From the NCBI GenBank assembly GCA_040954595.2, contig CM082580.2, positions 4,640,783 through 4,704,782 on the forward strand: a DNA stretch of 64,000 bases, in the 5' to 3' direction. Below, in pieces: positions 48,807-61,375 of the stretch (its first letter is position 1; the number at the start of each line of letters is the position of its first letter). The notes below the pieces were generated by a model. The model had not been told where the DNA came from. It saw nothing but the letters and a program-made list of their open reading frames with translations, and ran no database searches. The stretch is from Balanoglossus misakiensis. Taxonomy: Eukaryota > Animalia > Hemichordata. A program made the position numbers and the translations under genes.

Positions 48807-49123
48807 ACGATTCATCGATGTGCTATTGCAAATCACCAGAGTTAACGGTAAGTTAATTTCTCTCCCGTCTTATGTCAAAACGTGTTCAATCGACCCACTT
48901 TTAACTTACTCAACACGTCAGCTTGTCCTCCTTGCCCCTCCCCTAAACATCTTAATGCTAGAGTTGGGGGCAAACACATACTTTTGCCCCCCCCCCCCCC
49001 AACTTTCTTAGGGGCAAATGCTATTGTAGGTCATTCACCACAAGAATGTTGGTTAATAGCCCCCCCCCCCCAATCATGAATTTGCTTCCTACACCCCTGA
49101 ATGAATATTTTGAAACTTCGCTT

Positions 49124-49529
49124 TCATGAAAATCATCCAAAATGACAATTTTTCTACTTTGCGAAATTCAAAATTTCTTCATATTTTGAAAAGAATCATG
49201 GGTTATAGCTCATGAAAATCATCCGAAAATGACAATTTTTCGACTTTGCGAATGTTCGAAATTTCTTCATTTTTTGAAAAAAATCATGGGTTATAGCTCA
49301 TGAAAATCATCCAAAAATAACAATTTTTCGACTTATCGAAAGTTCACAATTTTTTCATATTTTGAAAAAAATCATGGGTTATAAGCTCATGAAAATCATC
49401 CAAAAATGACAATTTTTCGACTTTGCCTAAGTTCAAAATTTCTTCATTTTTTGAAAAAAATCATGGGTTATAGTTCATGAAAATCATCCAAAATGACAAT
49501 TTTTCGACTTTGCTAAGTTTCAAAATTTC
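49124..49529. repeat. Tandem minisatellite, ~88-bp unit, about 4.5 copies
   Basis: Unit tcatgaaaatcatccaaaatgacaatttttcgactttgc...ttttgaaaaaaatcatgggttatagc repeated head to tail. Confidence 0.9.
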
Positions 49530-49558
49530 GTATCCATTCATCCATTCATCCATTCAAA

Positions 49559-49598
<40 letters not shown>

Positions 49599-50043
49599 TA
49601 CATACATAGATACATTCATACATACATACATACATACATACATACATACATACATACATACATACATACATACATACATACATACATACATACATACATA
49701 CATACATACATACATACCATACATACCATACATACCATACATACCATACATAACATACATACATTAGTTGTATTATACGATACAACAGTTCATAAGGTGG
49801 TCTATAGTGTCGCTTCTGGCATTAGACAAAATGGCTCTTTCATCAAACCTTTTAATGTTTTTAGAGAATGATCCAAATCTCAGGGTGTCCGTAGGACACT
49901 TCCAGCTCTATTGTGTCCTTGGCCTATGTCCTGAAGCGAGCATTACGGTATTCATTGCATGAATCAATCTTCGGTGTGAAATCGCGAAGTGCCCTAAAAT
50001 TGTAATCAATATTTGTGCGAACACCTCCACAACCGAAACAACG

Positions 50044-51525
50044 ATGAACTCGGTCGTCCCGCTCGGAAACACAGAGGATGAAGTAAAGGTATGGGCAACT
50101 TGTTACAAAGCAACAAAACTGTCATGAATTAGTTTGTGATGACGTTGAGGCATTTGGTACATTCTCGACTTATACGGGTCACGTTAAATTGAGGGGGTAC
50201 ATTTTAAAGGCCGCCTTGAATATGCCACGTGAAAGAACAGTAAATGGGATTTTACTGTACACACACATTCACGTCAAGTAACGAGGGTGGAAACGTAAAA
50301 CCAAGCTGAGAATAGGTTTTACATTAATATGTGTACCATTCCATACATTTACATCGGATTAATTACAAAAAGCGAGAATTGCTTTTATAATTTAGAAAAA
50401 AGATGAAGAAGAAAGAGGAAGACGACGGAAACGAGATTTCTTGTTGATTATTCTGGTGCCAGTGGGCCTGATCATCGCAACTTCAACTATCACTGCGTTA
50501 TCGATTAATTATGGCTGCAAATGCACAAATGGCGATACAGGGGAAACACCTTTCAACCTCAAATGCAACGTCAATAATGCAGGTACGCATACTATATAAA
50601 ACTCGGCCGTGCTTTGTTCTTGAAGATATTCACATACACTAAGATTGTTGTCCTTTGTGAGGATATAGGAGCATTTTGTGTTCCTGTGATGTTATTTTGT
50701 ATGAATGCATGCAAAAAGTTATTAAGTGTCGTTTTGTCATTTTGTTTATTTTAGATTACTCCTCACAAAGAGTGAGTAAGTGAGTGTGTGAGTGAGTCAG
50801 TGAGTGAGTCAGTGAGTGAGTGAGTGAGTGAGTGATTGAGTGAGTGAGTGAGTGAGTGAATGAGCGAGTCTGTCAGTCAGTCAGTCAGTGAGTGAGTGAT
50901 TGAGTGAGTGGGTGAGTGAGTGAGTGAGTGAGTGAGTGAGTGAGTGAGTCAGTGAGTCAGTGAGTGAGTGAGTCAGTCAGTCAGTGAGTGAGTGAGTGAG
51001 TCAGTCAGTGAGTGAGTGAGTGGGGGGTGTTTGGGTGGATGGATGGATGGATACTGCCACTTCACTTGTGTTATAAAACATAAAACACGATGCCAATAAA
51101 TATATATATGTATATATGCACGTATATTTGTTCTGACGTCAGCCGGTGTGGCGGGCAATGATGCCGTCATCGCAAACGCCACTTCTATAGTGAACGACAC
51201 TGGTACCGAACTTCCAAATACCGAAACTGGGGAAATGTCCGACAATCTCGAAGATGACGTCACTGCAGGTATGGATGCTGTCTGTTCCTGTTTGTCGCAA
51301 GGCTATGTTTAATAGTTCCTTAGTCCTGATCAAATCCCTTCGAATTCCTTGGTTTTAACTTTCTTATTACTGTTGGATACAAAAACGTTTTCCAATGAAA
51401 ACACCTTCAAAGGACGCGTCAAATCTCACATCTTGCAGAAAGGATTTATCGCTGAGCATTGTTTAACTTCCGATATTTGGAGAGAGAAAGAGAGGTGATG
51501 AGAGATGGAGAGGGAGAGAGAGGGG

Positions 51526-51573
<48 letters not shown>

Positions 51574-54109
51574 AGAGAGACATAGAGCGAATCTGAACTG
51601 CTACTTTTATTCGTAAATAACCTTGATGACCTCGGGAGTAATTTCGTCCTCCGATACAGATTTGAAACGATCAACACATTCTCAAGAAGTAGCTTCAACA
51701 TTACTGACTACAGCGGGTGAGCGAATATCCATTATGTTTTGAGTGATGAAGTCTCTGAAGCGCGGCTATACTCAATCTCAGTTTAGATGAATCAGACGGA
51801 ATCATATGGTCGTTTCAGTTATGGACAAATTTGCCAGGAATGTGGTAGCCAAAATAAGAATTGTCACACGTTCGAAGTCTGGTGTATATATTGCTCTGCT
51901 TTTGCCGGATTATTGCCCTACTATCCCAGAATGCCCGTGCTGGGATTCTAATCGTACCCTTTGGGATTTGCAAAAGACATACCAACAGATTTCTCCAAAT
52001 AATTATACTTCAGTGTGACAATGATTCCCGCAAGTTTCGAATGTTTTGGCGATCAACCCTAATCCATACAGCTCTTTTACGTCATTAATACCACGCATGT
52101 TTTGTTCAGGTAAATCCCTATATATCTGGAAGGGTAGACATGGACAGTAATAACCTAAAGAGTGTGGTAACAAAGGACATATTGTTCAGAGCTTTGGCGG
52201 TAGACTTTTTTTCTAAGGGCAGCGATTATTCCAAAGATATTAGGATAAATATGCGCCAGTGTAGTTTTCGTGTTGGACTCTGGTTTAAAGGGACAACGTC
52301 TCTCTCTTGCTACCCTTTTTCCATTAATCATGTTTGATACAAGACACTGTTTATGATATTGTACATGTGGATATATAGTGAATCAACGTTCGACCACACA
52401 CAACTTCCATCCTGTTTGTAGGATATGAGATTAAAATCTCGCCCAAATGAATAAAATAGTAAATACCGATTATATTCATTTTGGCGATTTTTTCACTCTC
52501 GTGTCTACAAGTGGGAAGAAAGCTGTGTGTGGTTAAACGTTGATTCACTATATAACCACTTGTAGAATGACATGAACGGTGTTTTGTATCAAACATAATT
52601 AATAGAAAAGGTGCAACAGGAGAGAGACTTTGTCCCTTTAACATCTAGCATCGCATAAAGATAGAAATTGACTGATAGTATATTTTTGTACGACACATTT
52701 TAGGCCCTGAGATTAACGCCTGTGATGTGAATAACGGAGGCTGCCAACATATTTGTAATCAAGAAAGTCCGTCCCAAGTCAACTGTTCTTGTAATGCGAA
52801 CTACGAGCTCGGAGATGATGGTCAAACATGCAAGTTAATTTGTCAAATATTTCCAGGTGAGAACTAGCTTGTGTCACTCAATATTTGCAGACACTAGAAT
52901 GCCAAGTTTGTATTAATGTTAGCACATAGCTAATAGAATACAATACTTTTGGTAACGTCATGTGAGTTTGAACATCTATATCTGCGACCCCCAACCCCCG
53001 TTCCAGTACCATCTCTGAGTGTACGTTGGACAATTTGTGTTGCAGATCAACAACCGTACACCGCTGTCGTGTACTGTACGCGATACGTACTGTACACGGA
53101 GGCGGTGATATGGGAAGTGGCGAAGACGAACTGTCAAAATTCCGGCGGAATTTTCTGGAGCATAAGAGACCCAGTGACCGAGATGTGCGTGATCGATCTA
53201 ATCAGAGCGACTCTGGATGAAAGCACCTGGATCGGGTTGTTCAACAGCGGCGACAGAGGCACGGTTATTGGGGATTACCAATGGGTGGATGGTGGAGACT
53301 TTTTGGGCCCGTCTAAATATCAGCGCTGGTCGGATGGGAATCCGACCGCTTATCAGTACTGTGGACAGCTCTGGTATGAAGCACTGTCATTAAAGAGGCT
53401 ATTAACTGTAACATTTCAGCTTTGTTTCCTGATGTATATTAACTACAGCAGCTGCATGCACTCCCAAAACTGGAAATAGCACAATATTGTTAGACAAATC
53501 TCCTCCCATGGATGACCATCGTTCTTCTGGTGATAATAAAAACTAAACTTCAAGAATGCCCCCCCCCCCTCCCTCCCATTAATTTGAATGGGAAATTCAC
53601 CCATGACATATTTCTGTTTCAGGAAATCTGCTGGATACCGCTGGGACAATGAAAAATGTGGAATCCCACACCAATACGTATGCCAATACGAAGGTAGTCT
53701 TTTTAACAATTTGCGGTTTTCTATACATGCTTTTATTTGCCAACCACGCCTAATTTTTTCCTCTTGTTTAATTAGGATATGCAATGCCTTATGTTCACTT
53801 ATGTCAGTGAATGTCAAGTACTCACTGTCCTTCCTGGCCTAGTCAGGGTTTGTACATCATACAAACATTACATCATGGATATCCATGCATGGGTATCAAC
53901 ACATTCATGGGTGTTTTAGACGTTCTGGTTTTGAAACGTTGTTATTTCTTATTACACATACAATGACGTACATTGATTATTATAGCATAGAAGACAGTTT
54001 TCACGGTCACCTGAACATCACTATGATGAATGTGATAGCGAGTGCCTTCTATTTATCATCATCTGCTCATTTGTTTCTTCTCTCCCATACAGACTGTGAA
54101 ATCAATTAA
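50044..54109 (+). CDS. Type II membrane protein with stalk, EGF-like domain and C-terminal C-type lectin domain, ~334 aa
   Basis: Exons 50044-50088, 50396-50582 (RGRRRKRDFLLIILVPVGLIIATSTITAL = basic cluster + TM), 50755-50775 (tentative), 51143-51268, 51660-51716, 52704-52856 (CDVNNGGCQHIC...CSCNANYELGDDGQTC), 53046-53373 (WIGL), 53623-53693 (WDNEKC...YVC), 54093-54109. Confidence 0.8.
50776..51021. repeat. (GAGT/CAGT)n microsatellite
   Basis: Direct reading; begins at a splice donor. Confidence 0.9.
52289..52637. mobile_element. AGGGACAAAG foldback MITE
   Basis: TTAA-AGGGACAA ... TTTGTCCCT-TTAA. Confidence 0.85.
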
Positions 54110-55181
54110 TCCCAGCAACGCCAGGAGCTTCCTTCCACGTGGTCAAAACCCATTTCGCGAATATGTCGTTGACTTTCTGGTAGATGTATTCCTCTGAAGG
54201 TTGCCATTTCGCCAGTTTTTTAAATGGACACCTAATACATTAAGTGCCCGTGACGAATTACATTAGACGCGTTCAAGGCGCATGCAAACAAATCATTGGA
54301 CGATTGCTCCAAAATGTCAAGTTACTATTCAGATAATTTTAATGTGATTGTCGTATTACATACCTTTTTTAACATTGACTATATGTTACACTTGCTTATG
54401 TTGTTAATAAAATCAGCCGTCGGTTTGCCAGAAATTATTCCTATATAGTGTGCAAAATCCACAATGTTGTGCTTAAGGGAAGAAACTAGCCCAGTACGGC
54501 AAAACTTAAATGTCTCGTAGCGGGATGGTCGTCTTATACGCATGTGCCAAACTCAGGCGCCTGATGTAGCATTTGTCTGTTGAGGGCGCCCTGGAACAAC
54601 AGATCTTCCAGTCCAGTTAACATGTGTATAGTTGAGGCATTTCAGATTGTTGTGATTTCTCCAGAGTGCACAAAAAAACTTATTCTGTCCAATTCGTACC
54701 TTTCTATATTGTTTCTGAATAACTTACTAAATTGACATAACTTTTATTATTTTTGAAAAGTCTCCATAGCAACCATTGTATAGCAATCGGACTTTTGAAT
54801 TAGATGGTACATATGGGATTCATAGTGGTATGTCTTCTTTTTCAGTCCCTATGGCCTATGAATATTTTACAATGCGAATCTATATTTGTATTGCCTCCAG
54901 ACAACTTTTACTCATAATTCATTTTTCCAAATATTCAACTTCAATTTCTGGCACAATTTTTCGATGACCATGGTGCAATGATTTGCATATACCGACTAAA
55001 CTGTAGAAACCTAAACAGTGAATTGTTTTGCTATTTCACAAAATGATTTTGAAAGAAATGTGCAACACCACACAAAAGGTACAACTTTTGGTCTCACTCA
55101 ACTTTTATTCGTTTTCATATTCAAAAAATTAAACTAAATATACAGAAACAAGAATTGACCCATTCTGACCCATGCAGATAA

Positions 55182-55336
55182 TACAGTCAGTGACCACCTC
55201 TATATAGTGGCCGCTTTGTTACAGTCCCTGTACAATTTACATGTACATTAAGTGACCTGTATTTATATGCCACCTGCCTATAAAGGCCAGTGTGGGAAAG
55301 TCCCTTGACTGGCCGTTATAGACAGGTTTGACTGTA
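55182..55336. mobile_element. Tc1/mariner (pogo/Tigger-like) MITE remnant
   Basis: TA-CAGTC ... GACAGGTTTGACTG-TA with internal gaccacct/ggccg subrepeats. Confidence 0.55.
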
Positions 55337-56821
55337 TTCTGCAATTAAGACTTCGATATTTTTTTTTCGCAACACAATCTAATTTGTGCCCTTTCAACAG
55401 CTACAATGTTTGAAGCATTCTGTTGAATTTGAGACAGATTTGCATTTCTCTGAATAAACCTGTCATGCTGACTTTTAAAACGACCACCAGTTTCTCTTTT
55501 TAAGGTAAGGATTTTTTTAAACTCCGTCCTTTCAAAAAAAAAAGCAACAAAACTTTTCCAGTGTAACACATCTTGGAAACAGGAATAAAATCATAGAAAG
55601 AGGCACTCCATATATAATATAGGTCTCTGCTGTAAAATATTACTTTCCCCCAAGATATAAAAAGTAACATTAAAGTGACAAACCTAATTCAATTCTGTCT
55701 AACGAAAATTCGAAATGATTGTTTTACTAAATTAAATTGCAGAAATGAATGGCTGATTAAGCATGCTAAAGTTAACACACAGCTAACTTAATTGTTAAAC
55801 CACTACAACCACTAATTTAGAAGACGCGTTTTAAAATCATAAAATATTTACAATCGTGTAATTTTATTGAATTTAATATAGAAATCACTTCTTGTATATA
55901 TATTTAAATCTTTATATTATAAACTGTATTTTCATTTTTTTAAACTCCAAAGTCCATCTGTTGGTTTCCTTCATGCATTTAGAAAATCCAAAGATGGTCA
56001 CTATTTTATATCAAGAAGGGAAGAAAAAGCTAAGAAAGACATGATGCATTCTCACTTCTGATGTCGCTTACATAGAAACTGAAGTTAAATATCTTCACAG
56101 ATGTTTAATCAAGCACATGTGGATTGAATTTGTACACATCAACATTTGAAGTTCATGTCATCGGGTCTTGGTTGAGAAATCCTTGCTTTTGTCTGGAATG
56201 CCACCTCCAGTCCTTAAAGGCAATAGAACGTCTCACGCGGATGCGCGTAACTTCCCAGCAAATTTTCCTTTCGATGCATTCAAATAGTAGACTGCCTTCG
56301 TTTCTTTCCATATTTCATGCGCACCATTATAAGTAGATTCTGGTTTTTGTCCCTCCTTTTCACCCAAGCTGGTGTCTTTTCCCCATCTCCGACAAAGATT
56401 ATGGTCGCCATCATCTTCTCTGTCGTTAGGACAGAGCACTGCCTTACAGGATTGACCGTTCACTAAACGTCAGTAACCAGCGGCTACAGTTGGAACATGC
56501 GTGTGAGATGAGCTAGGCGCTTTAAGTGGAAAACTAAACTGTAAATTTCTTATATAGTGTACAATGCATGTTCTCTGGTTATTGTCACTTTTACGATCCA
56601 ACTGCCTGACGATGATGTGTATCTAGATTATAATATTCAGGAATCGTTTCTACTTGAAGTATGTGATGAATGCGCGACCATATGTTCTTTCGAACACAGA
56701 AATACGCCATTTCAGCCATATATTGACGTATGTAAATTGCTGGTGACCATGCACCTTTAAACCATCACAGTGATAAAATTAATGAAATCATGCTAATGTA
56801 GACTTGATCTCCCCATTGTAT

Positions 56822-59800
56822 TCATTCATCATCTTCAACCAAGATTTCATTCACTAGGTAGCAAGTTTCCAGGTGATCACTGCCAACAATGTGTTCAAAC
56901 TGGGGTCTGTTGAAAGACAGAAAAGAAGCTATTATTATTATTATTATTATTACAACACGTAGGGGAAATTTTTCCATTAATTATGTTTGATCCAATACAC
57001 CGTTTATGGTATTCTTAATGTGGATACATAGTGAATCAACCTTCAACCATGCACAACTTCCATCCCACTTGTAGACACGAGAGAGAAAAAAAACTCGCCA
57101 ATCGGTGTTTACCATTTATACATTTTGGTGAGATTTTTACTCTCATATCCTACAAAGTTGTGTGTGGTCAAACGTTGATTCACTATGTATCCACATTTAG
57201 AATAAAATAAACGGTGTTTTGTATCAAACATAATTAATGAAAAGAGGGCAGCGAGAGAGAGACTGTGTCCCTTTAACAACTCATGCTCACACCATTCACT
57301 CATGTGTGTACTATTATGCGTCTTTTCACCAAATTACTTTTGTAATGGCTGCTTAAAATTTATCACCGGTAAACATCATCTCATGTTCCACTTAAAAGCA
57401 TATCGAGCCCCAAGGGTCTCTGAATCTCGGAACTACTACCTTCACACGGTCGTTAAATTACATGGAAGACACTAATCTGCGCAAACATGTTGGGAAAACC
57501 TCTGCATGAACTAACCAGGTAAAGGATCTAGCAGAGATGATGTCATAGGATCAAAATTCTACAGTCAAATGCATAAGTTCAAACTTGCCCAGCTTGTACA
57601 TGTAACTAACCAGTAAAGTAAAACAAAAGGTGCAGTTACTGTAAAACGGGTTATTTTCGCTTGCAATAAATTTTCACGAAATACGCGAGAGCCAACAAAA
57701 CACAAAAATAAAAAGTCGCGTAATTTTTTTTTTTCAAGATAACAATGCAGTGAAATACAAGAACGCGAAAATTAATCCTCGCATAACAGTTGCCTCTGCT
57801 GATATCGCGAAAATTTCCTGTCACGAAAATAACCCGTTTTACAGTATCTATTTGGGTTACTTACTGCAAATCTTCCGTTGAAACACCCTTCTGGCATTGT
57901 TTCTGGACTTTGTGAAAGACATCTTTTCCAAGGCTGTCTATGCAGTGACTGAAAATGTATAGGAAGGAGAAGAACACTGTTATTTCTGAAATTCAACAAT
58001 CACTGCGCTATACAATAAAGTGTTATCAGCTTTTGTCAAGTGAAGATTGATGCTTCTCTGTTCGGAAAACACTGCATTATTGGAGACCCAAAAATCTGCT
58101 TGACGGTATAACCCTCGGGTTGCAAAAAGGAGATCACATTACAAATAAACGTGCTAGAAACTCAGTGTCGTTCTTCAGTCAGTACTTCAGCCCACGGTTC
58201 GACTGTACATTTACAAGCAGAAAATATCACAGACTTACTCTCTCAGTATCTGCCGACAAGATGACCCTGGTCTGATGTAATCTTCCTCTTCTACTTCGCA
58301 ATATTCGTCCTCGTCCGCATCAGCTGTCACTGCAGTCATGGCATGGGTGATTATTTCATCCAAATCCTGCGGGAAATTGAAATTCATATACACTCATTTA
58401 ATCCTTACACTGGCTCAGGCCTGACTGGCTCAGGCCTGACCAGCAAAGCCGTCTCAAATCTGAGCCGTTTCAGAACCACTATACACCGTCCACATGTGTT
58501 TTTTTAAGACGGTATCTGATCTGAGACGCTTCAGAACCGTTTTAATGGTGTGTGTGTGACCCCCATAAAAAACACACTGCAGCAAGTAATCAGCAAATTA
58601 CATATAACACAGATGTAAACTTAAAGGGACAAAGTCTCTCTCTCACTGCCCTTTTTTCCATGAATTATGTTTGATACAAGACACCATTTATGTAATTCTA
58701 CATGTGGATATGTAGTGAATCAACGTTCGACCAAACACCTTCCATCCCGGTTGTAGACATGAGAGTGAAAAAACTCGCCAAAATGAATAACCGTTCTTTA
58801 CCATATATTCATTTTGGGCGAGTTTTTACTGTCATATCATACAAGTGGGATGGAAGTTTCGTGTGGTTGATCATTGATTCACTATATATCCACATTTACA
58901 TTAACATAAATGGTGTCTTGTATCAAACATAATTAATGGAAAAGGGGCAGCTGGAGAGAGACTTTGTCCCTTTAACAGGAAACTATCCCAACTGATACAT
59001 GTTTTTTTTTACTCAAAGTTTGGCAAAACTCGCATACCTCTTCATCTGTGTCGATTTCTTCCTCAAAGTCATCGGGATAATCGGTCTCCTTCTCCACTTG
59101 GATGACTGGCGGATCTCTCCTGGATGGCGACGTCTGTCTTGGAGACAGATTGCTTGTTTCTACGCTTGGATTGTCTTCATCTTCATCTTCTTCACCTCCA
59201 TCTTCTGGAACTTCCTCTGGGATTTCTGCAAGATATTCACGCGTTGACTATGTGTTCTGATTACTGACTGAAGGCACGTGTCTGTAAAATCCTCGAAAAA
59301 TCAAAATAGTACGAATCTCGTGATCGTGCTGTGAGACACTTTACATCAACCTACGCTTCTACAAAACATAACTTCAATGGTAATGGTCACCTAGAATTTA
59401 TATATTCCCATTTATGATTAAAACGGGCATACTGAACTATTCTCATGACCATGTGGTGGGGGAGTCTTTTGTTTGACCACCCAAATGACAATGTGCAAGA
59501 TAGTTACGGGGAGATTGCCAGCATCTACATTGTATATTAAAAGTTCATGTGGTTAGATTTAAAGGTATACGGTCACCCATGGAAGTTTAGCTACAGTTAC
59601 CATGGTAAATTTAAAAATGTTACTTGGAAACAACACTGTTCTAACAAACTGATATAGTCATGCCGGGGTACTGGTACTGATATTCGGGGGATAAAATGTT
59701 CACCAACCTTCTTCTGAACTTTCACACACGTTATCGCCACCACCATTCTCTTCGTCGGAACTTGTGAAGTCATCAGAGTATTCGCCAGAGTCCCGCGGTT

Positions 59801-61320
59801 CAAGTCTACGACTGACTTCTAGTACCGGTAAATAAGTAAATAAATATCAAATAAGTACACATAATATTCCTTTATTAAAAAAAAAAACACAACAGCAGAA
59901 TGTACTGTACTGAAACAGTTTGTAGGATATGTGAGTAACAATCTCGCAAAAAATAATAAAATGGTAAAACACTGATTATTCATTTTGGCGAGTTTTTTTA
60001 CTCTCGTGTCTACAAGTGGGATGGAAGTTGTGCGTGGTCGAACATTGATTCACTATATATCCGCATGTAGAATAACATAAAACGGTGTATTGTATCTAAC
60101 ATAATTAACCCTAATGCTACTGGGTGTCATATCTGTTTAGAGTGTCAAGTCCTTTAAAATACATTTTTGCCACGTTTTCTTCTAAAACGTATTTTGACTG
60201 TCTTGACATGGCTCTCATACATACTTCGACACACTTGGCAGTCTGAGCCCCCTGAAAAATGTACCAAATCGCACTGGTTTGCACTGTATTGGTCTGATTG
60301 TCTTGTTTAGGCCCTACTGATTAACACGCACTTGGCACTCTAACAGGCCTGGGAGCCAGGATTCTAGGCACCCTGGAAATCAAACCAGTTTCAACTGACT
60401 TGGTAGCGTTAGGGTTAATGGAAAAAGGGCAGCGAGAGAGAGACTTTGTCCCTTTAAATAGTCCTGAACTCTGCACATGAGTTCGACTTACCTGGACTGT
60501 TTGCATAGCTGTTGTTGTGGCTGCCACTGGGGCTGTGTAATGCTGATTGGCTCTGCGTGTCCTGGAACGACAGATCTGATAGCTTGGAAGTGTTGGCTGA
60601 AAATGTTGCTGCTTCAGCATCACCACCCCTGGAAGTCAACAGCAAAGATAATTCCTGTAAGTTCTGATATCACCATTCCATTATTTCAAAACTGTTCTCC
60701 ACCTGTACAACATGGTGATACAACACGTAATTTTGTACTCATTAACATATGTGTGTTTCTATGGGGTTTCCAAACATAGACAGTCAGGTGGGCGTTTTGA
60801 CCAGGGACTACCCTTATCGACACAACTATATACAGTAACACAATGCAAACCATGGTCTTACCCAATCTGATTAAAATCAGATGTAGGGAACGTCGACTTG
60901 GTTTTTTTATGCTGTGTGAGGCGACAGCATAAAAAAACCAAGTCGCCGTTCCCTACATCTGATTTTAATCAGATTGGGTCTTACCCACAATGTCCTTCTC
61001 TAGACTCCGGTCTGGACGGCTTCTTCTGTTGTAAAATCTCCTGTTGTTCCTCAATAAATGAATTGATGTGTTTTTGTACAAATGGAAAAGAAAGTATTGC
61101 ACTAGCACTGGAAATAAAGGATAAACATTTTGAAGTTAGATTTTAATAAGAGTATGTGCAGTGTTACAGTGAGTGTTAAACAGATCTGCCTGATGTACAT
61201 GAACGATGTAACCCAGCCTAACCAACCGAAAACTTGATCATGCATGTAACTTATACAATCAGGTAAAATGAATGTGATGCCATAACATGCGAAGGAATTA
61301 CAGCTTGTAAGCAAAATATA

Positions 61321-61375
<55 letters not shown>

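Noticed and set aside
49124-49529. Regular repeats as a CRISPR array
   Set aside because: Whole units repeat with no unique spacers, no cas genes are present, and the context is eukaryotic.
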